From Rhizaria sp. SCN 62-66 (taxonomy: Eukaryota), in contig MEDY01000038.1 in assembly GCA_001724265.1 (NCBI GenBank), positions 62,001 to 117,441 on the forward strand: 55,441 bases of DNA. Direction: 5' to 3'. Below are positions 29,301 through 40,892 of the stretch, piece by piece. The notes beneath the pieces were generated by a model that saw only the letters and a program-made list of their open reading frames with translations, searched no databases and was not told where the DNA came from. How positions within the stretch are numbered: the stretch's first letter is position 1; each line of letters starts with the position of its first letter. The position numbers were made by a program, and so were the translations under genes.

Positions 29301-30243
29301 CGTCGTTGTCTCGAGGCACGCCGAACATGTCACTGGAATTCTTCTGACGCTTGCCACCGTGCGTGCTCGCATGAGCGGTGCTGTTGTTGCCGTCAAACGC
29401 GCCACTGTGTTTGTTGTTATAGTGAGCGTTCGCGTTGTAGGACTGGCCGAGTCCCTTGAGCGTCGCGTTTACATCAACAAAGAAGGGCGGGTGGTTGCAG
29501 TAGTTCACTGCAAAGAGGTTCAGGTAGCGCATCATCGTCACAATGCGGCCCGCTCGCGCCGTGCGCGTAATCATCACGCTCCAGTCCGCGTAGCTGCGCT
29601 CCACCGGCGGCGTGGCGTCAAAAAGCGCGATCGCATCGTCAATGCCGGTGTTAAGTGCAGTGGCGAGCGCAGCTGTCGGACCGGCCAGGAAGAACTCGAT
29701 GACGTCGTCGTTGGCGTCGGAGCCAAAGCCGCCGGGCAGCGCGGAGGAGGCCGCCGCGGCCTGCATGTGTCTCGCAGCCGATGCCAGGTCGTGGTGCTGC
29801 AGCGGCGACAGAGAGGAGGGCAGCGTTGAGAAAGGCGCAAACGGCGAGGAGGAGGACGATGTTGATGCGGAGGGATACGTGGCGTAGCAACGTGCCGAGC
29901 TCGTCGTCGCAGATGCGGCCGCTACAGTGTGTAAGAGGGGGCGGTGCGCGTGGTGCGAGAGAGACGAGAAGCCCGGCACTGCCACTGTTGCGGTCGCAGC
30001 AGTCGTCGCAGTCGCTTTCGCAACGGTGGCGATCTTGCAAGCAGCAGCAGTGGTCGCGGCAGAGGCGGAGACAGGGACAGTGTGTACCAAAGGCTTTGCG
30101 AGCAGAGAAACGTATGTCACAGGCGCTGTCGCTAATCCCGCTGCCGTTGCGGTCGTGGGAAGTGTCGAATTGGCCGCGGTGACGAGCGCGGCGTGGCCGC
30201 ATGATGCAGTGTGAGCGACGGCTCGAGTGACGGCGCGGCGCAT
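23347..30243 (-). CDS. Very large divergent PPR-like, probably organelle-targeted protein; one 2,299-codon frame with a single internal TAG at 27286-27288
   Basis: ORFs 27286..30243 and 23347..27228 are in the same frame, joined by TAG plus 19 sense codons (QPHLAATAKADPAVILITG). PPR-like helices occur on both sides (DDAIALFDATPPVERSYADWSVMITRTARAGRI; VGLPVTEANVKVVLQGLGKWGRKQDVYEFF). N-terminus resembles a presequence. Terminal stop is TGA. Confidence 0.6.
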
Positions 30244-30739
30244 CTGATACGGAGGGAATAAAGAGCACTGAAGAAAAGATAAGAAATAATCTGCGTAAAA
30301 TCGTCAACAATGTTGACGATATCAAAATTTTGTGCAAGATAACGATGCTACCGTGGAGAACGACGCGTGGATAAGACAAGCCCGCAAACTGGTTTGCACG
30401 CTGGCGTGGGCGTGCTTTTGAGGAGTACCCTTGGGGGTCGACATAAAATGATGCACAGCGCCTCATTTTGTTCGTCAATAGCTCTGAAACTCAGTGTGCC
30501 TTAGTCACTGCTTTGTTTGGATTTTTAATTTAAACCGTTTTCTGTACAGTCACATTTACCTTTCTGTGTACCTTCTTTCTTCTCCTTCATCCCCACCGTC
30601 GTCGACCGAAGCCAGCTTTCTCATCCTCTCTCAATCCAGCGCCTCTGTATCAAACCCACTGGCTCTGAAGCTTACAAGCCACTTTTTCCACGCGCTTTTA
30701 TTGCGCAAACAAATCTGTTTGTGGTGACTATCGCTCGCT

Positions 30740-31228
30740 ATGTCCTACCACGGCGGCCCTAACGCGGCCAGTCCCCCGCCCTCCCAGTCCGACGGCCAGC
30801 TCGTGGCGCAGCACCGTCCCCCGCACTTCCAGCCCGACGACCAGCTCATGGCGCTGAACACGCTGCTGCACCGCGCGATTTGCTGCGCGAGCAACGTCAG
30901 CACGGCCGCCTCCGAGGGCAGCCAGGCCTCCAGCTCCGTGCAGCAGAGCTCGGCCGCCGCCAAAGACAGCAACGCGCGGCGCGTGGAGCGCGTGACGGAG
31001 CTCTCCAAGGCGCTGCGTGAGCTCCAGGCCGCCGGGCTGGCGCTGGACCCGTCGATTACGGTCCCGATCGAGGTCATGAGCGCCGTGGACAACGGCATCA
31101 ACCCGGCGCTGATTGTGTACGACGCCGTTGAGCACCTTCGCGTCGTGGGCGACCAGGCCCGCGGCGGCGCTGTGGGCGCCGCGCTGGCCGCCGCAGCCAT
31201 TGCCGAGCAGCTGAAGAACGAAAAGTGA
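30740..31228 (+). CDS. MED10: Mediator complex subunit 10 (Nut2)-like, 162 aa
   Basis: ITVPIEVMSAVDNGINPAL...DQARG resembles the Med10 VPxEVxxxIDxGxNP...xxxKG motif, and the size fits. GC-rich codons. Stop is TGA. Confidence 0.7.
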   Translation: MSYHGGPNAASPPPSQSDGQLVAQHRPPHFQPDDQLMALNTLLHRAICCASNVSTAASEGSQASSSVQQSSAAAKDSNARRVERVTELSKALRELQAAGLALDPSITVPIEVMSAVDNGINPALIVYDAVEHLRVVGDQARGGAVGAALAAAAIAEQLKNEK

Positions 31229-32014
31229 GTATATTTTGTACATGTACTTTAGTACAACGTACATGTACAACGTACATGTCCATTATAATAGTGATGTGAT
31301 TTTGTCTCGGGAGTGACTTCCCACGGATATACGCGCTGCTCGAGATCGGACAGACATATTGCAAGAACGGAGGGCCAATATCTCAATACACGTTTATATA
31401 GCTTTTAACTCGAATCTTTTTTCTCATACGCATAAATGGCTTCCAGACATAATTCGTGGTGAGACTCCATGTTGCTCACGGTCACTCCAGTTGCCTTGGC
31501 CCAGGTGACGACGGCCGACTCGCTCCGACCACCAACGGCCGAGCGCCATCAGACCAGTGCCAAAAAAACGGCGTACGACCGGTGAGAAAGTGGTTCCAGT
31601 GGGGGGAAGTACCGCACTAGAGATATCGCGCTTTAATTATTCTTTAAAGCGGTGCGCGTTGTGCTACATATCTATTGTTGCGCACGTTCAGTCGGGTGCA
31701 TGGGCACCAAAATGAGGCATTGTGGCGCTGGAAGTCGTTTGCTCAGCAAATCGGCCTACCACGAATCGGCACCTCTCAACCCACCGAAACAGCTTCACTA
31801 TCCCCTCAAACCTAAATCACGTTCTTTATTCACGATATTCCTTGTCCTATTCGTTGCTCACGTGTTGCTCTCGCCCTATTTTCATTCTGTCTCCCGTGCC
31901 CAAATCCGCCGCCCTCACACGCGCACAACTGCCCGTCTGTTTCTCGCCCGCGTCCCTCCGCTTCCGCGCGTGCGCCCTGCCGCTTTCGCTGTTCCCGCAT
32001 CCCCACCCCAGGCT

Positions 32015-33858
32015 ATGAGTTCCTTCCGGAAGCCTACCGCTCCGCAGCCCGCGCCCGCGGCCGCCGCGGCCCACGCCCGCAAGCCCCTGTACACTGGCGC
32101 CGCCCCCGCCACCAACTCCGCCGCCGCCGCCGCCCCCGCGGGCGCTGCCGCCGGCGGCGCCACTGCCGCCAAGCCCGCCTCCGCTGCCGCGGGCCCCGCA
32201 AGCGCCGCGTCGGGCGTCAGCGCCGGCAGTCTCGCGAAGCAGATGTCGTCCCTGGAGATCGTCAACCGCTCCCGCCGCCGCCTCTCCGTGATGGGCGGCG
32301 CCAACAAGGGCGAGGAGGCCGACCTCGACGGCCGCAAGAGCGGCGACTGCGACGCGGACCACTCGGACATCATCCGCCAGGTGCTGGAGCAGTCGGAGCA
32401 GGAGAGAGCGCAGCCCAAGGAGGTGTACAAGTCCTTCTACTCTCTCTCCAAGGTCGGATACGTGCCCTTCAACCCCTACAAGGTCAATCAGGTTCGTCTT
32501 TCAACTAAAACTCGAGATATCTCCGCCATATTTTGGACCCAACGCAAACTACACATAGTACAGTACTGATGTCTATTTTCTGTCGTGTATCACAATGCAC
32601 AAATTTAACTTTAGCGAAGTTTATCATGTAGTACATCAAACAAATATCTCACAACCACTCCACTTTATTTGGCTTGCCTTGCTTTTCCCTTGTGGCGTCG
32701 CCCTATACGCGTCCCCTCGCTCTTTCAGGACCGTGCGTGCGAGGTCGCGCCCTTCGGCAAGCACACCGAGCGCGCCTTCTTCGGCGTCTTCGACGGCCAC
32801 GGCCAGCACGGCCACATCGTGTCCCAGTATGTCGCCACTACCCTGCCCAAGTTCGTCGCCCGCGCTCGCGACCTCGAGACGGCGCCCGCCGCCGCGCTGT
32901 CGGCCGCCTTCGTCGCCTGCAACTCCGAGCTCGCCACGGGCGGCCGCGTCGACTGCACCTTCTCTGGCACCACCGCCGTCACCGTCTACCTTGACGGCAA
33001 CCAGGTACGCTTCATGGACACTCAGGCAGCAGTCAAGATAGATTGCATGAGAACAGTCTTTGCTTGATATCTCGACAGATATAATGCCTTTCAAGCTTCA
33101 ATTGGACAAATGGGATCTTGTGGTATTTCGTGTCTATATCAGCACTCTATTTCACCCCTCTCACATATACCTTCATTTTTATGTCATCAATGCGACTCTA
33201 TTTAGGTCTATTGCTGCAACGCCGGCGACTCCCGCGCCGTCATCGGCCGCCAGGGTCCCGGCGGCAAGCTCCGCGCCCTCGCGCTGTCGAGCGACCACAA
33301 GCCCGACCGCGAGGACGAGCGCCGCCGCATCCTGGCGAGCAACGGCCGCGTCGAGGCGTGCCGCACGGCGTCGGGCATGGAGATTGGCCCCGCGCGCGTG
33401 TGGCTCAAGACGCAGGACGTGCCCGGTTTGGCCATGACGCGCTCCTTCGGCGACCTCGTGGTACGTCGCTTTGCCGCTGCATATGTAACTTTCACAAGGT
33501 CTTCATTTTCATCCAAATTATGTTTCGCTTAGTCAAATCCAGTTCAATTATCTCACATGCTTGTCCTCAATCCCTTGTTTTGTGCTTCTGCGCTACTGCG
33601 CGCGGGTAGGCCGCGTCAGTGGGCGTGATCGCACGGCCCGAGATCGAGTCCCACACGATCGACGAGGCGGACCGCTTCATCATCATGGGCTCTGATGGCG
33701 TGTGGGAGTTCATCACGTCGCAGGAGGCAGTGGATATCGTTGCCGAGGCCGCCACGCCCCAGGAAGCATGCGAGCTGCTGCTCGCCGAGAGTGACAAGCG
33801 GTGGCGCAATGAGGAAGAGGTTGTGGATGATATTACGGCGCTCGTGATCTTCTTCTAA
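32015..33858 (+). CDS. Protein phosphatase 2C (PPM family); exons 32015-32491, 32729-33004, 33206-33460, 33610-33858; ~418 aa
   Basis: Motifs KVNQ|D, FFGVFDGHG, SGTTA, NAGDSR, DHKP, GLAMTRSFGD, GSDGVWEF, DDIT. Three phase-0 GT-AG introns. Stop is TAA. Confidence 0.93.
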
Positions 33859-36208
33859 GTGTGCGTGAGTTCCTTAGATATCGGCACATGTGATTGTTTA
33901 GGGACATGAGGTTGCGGACTCGTACATGCCTGCAGCATGAATAACGCTCAATGCGGCCACACGAACACAAACACACTCACATGTTTACCTATTTGCACAC
34001 CTGCACACAGACGCACAGCACACGTACCCAAGCGTACCCGTGTGTACCCCGTGCGCTCCCCCACACACCCCTGTACTCTTGTTCCCACACAACAATATTT
34101 ACTTGTTTCTGTTTCCACAAAATCAACCACTCCCCGTTTGTCTCTATCTCCTCCTTTGGCGTCACTATGTGTCCTCCTCGCGTCGGGTCAGGCTCTGTTT
34201 GCGCTCGCACACACACGCACGCGTCAGCCAGTCAGTCACCTCCTGCTTACGGTCACCGAATTAGCGCTCTTAGCCACTGCCAATGCGGGACCACGAGTGA
34301 CGAACGTATCACAAACAAGACATAGCACGCAAAACACAGCATAACTCCTGTTATTCGCTGTGTGTGTTTGTCTTGTTTGGTTTTGACTTGTTTTTGTATA
34401 CCTTTGTTCTTTTTATCGTTCCGTTTGTTCGCTCTCCTGTTTTTTCCTCCGTTTTGCACTTAGGCTTTTGTATCACAACCACACGTGAACGCAATATCGG
34501 TCGAGAAGAGCAACTTGATACCAGTTAGCAGATGCAATAATAATACGTTGTAGGTTTGCTCCATCGAGCATTGCCTGTTGTCGAATGTTGTTGTCTTTGC
34601 TTGATGGTCTTGCTCTTGTTGCATGTATTACTGTTACTCTTCCCGTCGTTGTCAAAAGTTCTGGTTTTTTCGTTTTTTTCACTCTAACACACGCATGCAC
34701 GATCGCGTTTCTCGTCTCATCGTCTCACAGCTTCACCGTCACGTCACAGTCACACAGCCGCCATAATGCGTTTATCCACACGTCTTTTGAGTTCGATTTC
34801 TGGATTAGAATAACAAAAATGAAAATCACACTTGGAATACTAGAAGTATTAAGAGTTCTATTATTTAAAATCAACGTTATAGTTTGTGTTTTCATTTTCC
34901 CTTCACTGCGCAAGTACTTTGCCGAGGTTAAGCCTTTCCAGCCGAGCCGAAGTTAAGCTCTTCAACTTAGCTCTGCTTCGGTCTTGCTGAGCTTTTGCCT
35001 CTGCGTTGTGTTCACTTCTCTATTATACCATAGTAGCCCGCTGCTGCTTCTGATAGACTGTGTGTGCTGACTCCTGCGACCTGCCGCTGCCACTGTCTGT
35101 CACTGCCACTGCCGCTGCTTCCGGCCGCTCACAGTCACTCAGACACAGTCGCAGTCGTCGTTGCTGTTACTGTCGCTGTAAGCTGTAAGCTGTTAGCTGT
35201 TGCCATTTCGCACTGGTGCTGCTGCTGTTGTTGCTGCTGCTGCTGTATTGCGTTTTGTGTCGCCGTTTTTTTTTTTGTGACTGTTTGTCTCTGTTGTCGT
35301 TGTTTGTTTGTCGCTTTGTGCTTTCACTTTTTTTTGACCACAACAAGCATGCTCTTCGTCGTCATCTTATCATCGTCATCGTTGCTCATTGGTGTTGTTT
35401 TATGACGTCGTTGTGTGTGGCTGCTGGTTGTTGTTGTTGTTGTTGACATCTTTTCTTCTCTTTTGCTTCTTCTTTAGTGTTTTTTTCCCCCGTCCTGATG
35501 TAGATATTGGTATTTTTATCGTTATTGTTGACTGTATGCACTTAGTCGAATTGTAGAAATTTAGTTTATGTTAGTTTAGTTAGCTCTTTTGTCGCGCGTG
35601 TTGATATGGGATATCTACAAACGTCGTTTGTTTGTTGTGTTTCATTCTGCCTCACACTTTGTTCATATCAGCTGTATTTCTGTTTCTTACGGCTGGCTTG
35701 TGTGTGCCAACTGGGACTGTTGCAGTGCAAACGCACTTTACAGCTCTCCGCATCCACCGCCACTCGAGTCTCTTCACAGTCGCACTCGCTCTCTCGCTCA
35801 CTTGCGCTTACATCATCCACACTTGCAGCATACAGCTAAGTCACAGTCAAACTCAGTCAGTCCATCAGTTTTGTGTTCTCGATCATTCAAAAGTAACCGA
35901 ATTAGTACACGTGTTGACTAGCACATCTTCTTTTTTTTTAACCAAAAAGAAAAACAATCTCTCTCATCGAGATAAGCGCGCTCCACGATTGACTCTGACT
36001 CTGGCACGGCAAAGAATCATACAAAACCCTCTCTGAATCACACAATCGACTAATTTATTAGTGAGACCACTCGAAATAACGAGACAGATTTGATTTTCAC
36101 TGGATGGAGAACATACTATGTCTCAACTATTACTCAGTGTTCACAGAAAAACTCTAAGACAGCCATTATCAAAATTCTGCATTCTGCTAGTGGTCAAGCT
36201 CTTCTGAT

Positions 36209-36228
36209 CTTCTCGAATCTTCGGGAAG
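36209..36228 (+). promoter_or_regulatory. Heat shock element (four alternating nGAAn units)
   Basis: cTTCtcGAAtcTTCggGAAg, about 105 bp upstream of the DnaJ start codon; matches the canonical HSF-binding arrangement. Confidence 0.75.
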
Positions 36229-36332
36229 CCTCGACTGGGGCGGCAAGCTGGGTTTGGTCCACTTTGCAGGTGTCTCGATCGAAGTCGTGCAAACGTCAAT
36301 TGTGCACAGTACATACGTGAGTATATACTACC

Positions 36333-37777
36333 ATGGGTAAAGGTACGTTTTATTGAATTCGTTTATTCCCAAATTGTTGTGATGCGTGGCAAATCCGCCT
36401 TGGACCCCACATCCCTCTTCTTAACAGACCACCACAAGCACTTCCAGCGAGCGCCTCCTTGCTTCCCACTTGTTGTCCTCACTGTTCCAGTCTTCCCCGC
36501 TCATCTCTCATTCCCTACAACTGTTTTATTTGCTTTACATAGACTACTACGCGATTCTGGGCGTGCCCAAGCGCGCCGATGCGGACGCCATTAAGAAGGC
36601 CTACCGCAAGCTCGCCGTTAAGTACCACCCCGACAAGAACCCCGACAACGTCAAGGCGGCCGAGGAGAAGTTCAAGGAGGTCACCGAGGCCTACGAGGTG
36701 CTCTCTGACGCCAAGAAGCGCGAGATTTATGACCAGGTCGGCGAGGAGGGCCTCAAGAACGGCGCTGGCGCCGGCATGGGCGGCATGGGAGGCGGCATGG
36801 GTGGCATGCCTGGTACGTTCTCTGCTCCAACTTTCAACGCATATATCTCTCTGAAATCGATGTAGCGCTCTGTGAAACCTACGCAGCACGCTTGACTTCT
36901 TTCCGTATTCCGAAATATCAACTTGTTTTTTCCTAATTTGCTCACCCTTTGTCTTTATCTTTCTTTTCTTAACTTTTGCCCCCCATTTTTTTTGCATTCG
37001 CACGCAGGCGGCTTCTCGTCCTTCTCCTTCAGCGGCCCCGGCGGCAGCAGCGGCGGCTTTCGCCCCGGCAACGCGCGCGACATTTTCTCCCAGCTCTTTG
37101 GCGGCATGGGCGGCGGCATGGGCGGCTTCGGCGGCTTCTCGATGGGCGACGACGACGACGATGACGGCCACGGCCACGGCCACGGCGGCGGCCACGCGCA
37201 CGCCGGCCCGCGCGGCCCCGGTGGCATGCGCCGCGCGCCGCAGCCGCCGATGAAGGCGCCCGCGGTGCAGTTTGACCTGGCGCTGACGCTGGACGAGTTG
37301 TACACCGGCACGCGCAAGAAGATGAAGGTGACCCGCAAGCGCAAGGGAGAGAACGAAAGCAAGGTGCTCGAGATCGACGTCGCAGCGGGCTGGAAGGAGG
37401 GCACCAAAGTCACGTTCGCCAACGAGGGCGACGAGATCGCCAACGGCGAGGCCGGTGATGTCGTCTTTGTGATTAAGGAGAAGCCGCACGCGACCTTTAC
37501 GCGTGACAAGAACGACCTCCGCATGAAGATGAAGATCTCGCTCACCGAGGCGCTCTGCGGCTTCAAGCGCACCATCGAGGGGCTCGGCGGCAAGACTTTT
37601 GTGGTGGACACGGCGTCGACCAAGGAGGTTACCGCGCCCGGCAAGAGCAAATACTTCTGGGGCGAGGGTATGCCGCACAAGGGCGGCAAGGGCAACCTCG
37701 TCGTCGACTTCGAGATTGTCTTCCCCACGTCGCTCTCCGAGGAGCAGCGCAGCGTCATTCAGCACGCTAACATCTGA
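36333..37777 (+). CDS. DnaJ/Hsp40 class B (Sis1/DNAJB-like); exons 36333-36342, 36543-36812, 37008-37777; ~349 aa
   Basis: [14 protein letters not shown] motif, G/F- and G/M-rich linker, no zinc finger, C-terminal [10 protein letters not shown]...ISLTEALCG...GEGMP. Two GTACGT introns. Stop is TGA. Confidence 0.93.
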
Positions 37778-39307
37778 AGTGCGGCACGCAAAACTGCTGG
37801 ATTTGATCAATAACGACGATTGCAACAAAAACAAATGCTAAAATCGAGTGCTAATGCACCGCTTGAAGCAAGATACTGTGTTTGAAGTTGTCGGTGTGTT
37901 ATTCAAATGAGCAGGAGCTGACTTGAAGAAATGGTATAGTCGCGGGAAGAGCGACGGGTTTAGTTTATTTGACAACGAAAGTGGGCTTTTGGCGGATATG
38001 TATAGTGCGTGGTACGCTTGCGCAATGTATATAGAGACAGAGTGTGTGTGCTTTGCTGTTTGAGAGGGCGGCAGGGCCATCATTCTTTGCAATGGATTAT
38101 AACCGCAGAACGGACTTAAGAGAGACCACAGCGCCGTATAATAAAACGGTCAAGCAATAAAAACAAGACTATAAGATTAACCACGTGTATCTTTATTCCA
38201 TATGTAAATAAAAAATCAAACGATCTTTATCTTGATACCGAACATTTGAATACTAGGAACACCGCTCCCACCTCATCTCACTGGGCCAGTCGGCTGGTAT
38301 GACTGTGGGCACAACACCGACTTAGTTAAGTCGCCACCCTGTGTTTGGGTGTGGGCGGTCAAAAACCTACTCATATCTTGACCATACCTCTGGTTTGGGA
38401 GGCAAATAATGCACGGTTAAACTGACTGCGGTGGGGCTCATGGGTTGTTCTAGTTGCTGCTGCTGTCCAACCATAATTCATTGTTTGCGCGGCAGATTTA
38501 TCGCCTCGAAACACTCCTTCCAAGACGCCTCCCACCCTGACCTGTGGTCCACCCTCGAAGAAGCAGCTCCTCTGCCTGCCTTCGGAACCGCGCTCTCGCG
38601 CCGCAAACTTGACTCGAGCCCTGCCTATGGGCTTGTGCTGCTTGTGCCGGTGCTGTTTGTGTCCCACAGCGCGGGCGTTGCCACGGTTGGAGTCGGCAGA
38701 CGGCGCGTGTCGATTGCCCTAAACGCCCCCCTAACGAGCAGCTGCTCTCAACTTGTCTATCTTGCGATGTTGTGCTCGTTCGCCACGTTGTCCGCAGCTG
38801 GCACTTTTTCATTTCGTAGCAAACTCAGTGGCACAAATCGTTCATTTGTTTTCAGACGCAAACTCACTCTGTTGCACGCGTATTCTCGCTTTGTATCTGA
38901 CCCTCTTTTTGCTCTGCCTCCTCCCACAGGCTAGATCGGCACGTCCTCTCAAACCTTGCCCTTCCTCCCACGCTTCCCCCTTTCTCTCCCACTCTGTGAG
39001 TCTTGCAGGACTGTCCTGAACGCTCTTTGCTGCTCTGCGCCCTTTGTCGCCCTCACGCGCTAACCCTGTTTCCCGCAGCACAAACACTTGTTTGTCTCGT
39101 GGGCCTCCTCTTACCTCCCCCTTAAAAAACCACCACCCCAACTTCAGCTTCTCCTCGTTGGTGCGTGCTCTCTGCAGACAGCCCGTTTGCACTCCTTCCC
39201 TTTCTACCAGCCCCGTCGGCCCTCCCTCTTTTCAGCCCTTTCTCAGCCCGTTGTCCCGCTCGTCGTGTGTCGCGAGTTGTCCTGCGTGTTTCTGACCTCT
39301 GCTCCTC

Positions 39308-40892
39308 ATGGCTTCCGTTCCCCTGCCGGACCATAATACCGGTGCTGCCCCCACCTCCGTTTCCGCTTCTAATAACGCCGCGGCGGGTGGTGCTTCTTCC
39401 AGTCTCGCTGCCGGTTCTAATGCGGGTGCGGCCACAATGACGCTCGTCCCGACCAACCCGGCCGCGGCGGCCAGCGCCGAGCAGAGCGCCAAGAAGTCGT
39501 CCCGTCAGTCGCTGAGCTACGCCGCCGAGCGCATCGTCGGCAACGGCTCCTTCGGCGTCGTGTACCAGGCCACGGTGATTGAGACGAACGAAGTGGTCGC
39601 CATCAAGAAGGTGCTGCAGGATCGCCGGTACAAGAATCGTGAGTTTGACATCATGTCAATGCTCAAGCACCCCAACGTCGTCACTCTCAAGCACTCGTTC
39701 TACTCGCCCAACGAAAAGGGCGACGTGTTCCTCAACCTGGTGATGGAGTTCATCCCCGAGACGGTGTATCGCACGCTGCGCACGCACACCAAGGCGCGCC
39801 GCATGGTTCCGCTCATCTACACCAAGTGCTACATGTACCAGATCTGCCGCTCACTCGCCTACATCCACTCTCTCGGCATCTGCCACCGCGACATCAAGCC
39901 CCAGAACCTGCTGCTCAACACGCGCACGCATGAGGTCAAGCTCTGTGACTTTGGCTCGGCCAAGGTCCTCGTCAAGGACCAGGTATGTCACGTCACACGC
40001 TCTCTTAGTCCACTAATTGTCCACCTATATCGCTTTGAATGAACGTGATACGCAATATCAGCGCAACTTTTTGATTCATTCACGCTTATCTTTTTTCTCT
40101 TTCAAAATCACATATCTCACGCGTCTTGTGTCTTCTTTTCTTTTTTCCATCCGTTACGTCGGTTGCCTCTTTTCACAGGAGAACGTGTCGTACATCTGCT
40201 CGCGCTACTACCGCGCGCCGGAGCTGGTGTTCGAGGCCGTGCACTACACGACGATGATCGACATCTGGTCCCTGGGCTGCGTGCTGGCCGAGCTGCTTCT
40301 GGGCCACCCGCTTTTCCCGGGCGAGGCTGGCGAGGGCCAGCGGTTCGAGATTATGAACACGATGGGCACGCCCACGCGCGAGGAGCTGGCCGCCATGAAT
40401 AGCCAGTGCCCGCACTCGCGGTTGCCCAACCTGCCCAACCAGCCCTGGAGCAAGGTCTTCCGTGCGCACTCGTTCCCCGAGGAGGCCATTGACCTCGTCA
40501 CGTGCCTGCTGCGCTACGACCCCACCAAGCGCCTCACGGCTTTCGACGCGCTCGCGCACCCGTTCTTCGACGCGCTGCGCGACCCCGAGACATCGATCGT
40601 CACCGGCTCGCACAAGCCGCCGCCGAACATCCACAACTGGACGGCCGACGAGCTGACGATGATGGCGCAGCGCCGCCTCGCCAACCGTCTCATCCCGCCC
40701 TACGTCGCCATGCAGATGTCCGAATCGGCGCTGCGCCGCGCCGGCTACGACTTCACGGCCCCCGGTGCGATCCCCGTCAGCGCCGCTGGCTCCGTCGCGG
40801 CACAGCCCGTGTGCGACAGCAGCAGCGGTGTCGCCGCCGGCGCGGGCGCTGCGGGCGGCGAGAAGGAGAGCGTTGTCGCTGCGGCCAACTAA
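39308..40892 (+). CDS. GSK3: Glycogen synthase kinase 3 / shaggy-like kinase; exons 39308-39982, 40179-40892; ~462 aa
   Basis: Motifs [58 protein letters not shown]. Phase-0 GTATGT..CAG intron. Stop is TAA, followed by TGA. Confidence 0.95.

Noticed and set aside
33937-36320. Short ORFs in the regions downstream of PP2C and GSK3 (Cys/Phe/Val/Leu-rich)
   Set aside because: Translations of simple T/G-rich repeats, lacking the GC-rich codon signature of every real gene here.
38261-38360. Possible suppressor tRNA (a minus-strand hairpin loop contains CTA)
   Set aside because: No 7-nt anticodon loop, no TTCRA T-loop or B box, no GG D-loop and wrong arm spacing. No tRNA was recognised anywhere in the window.
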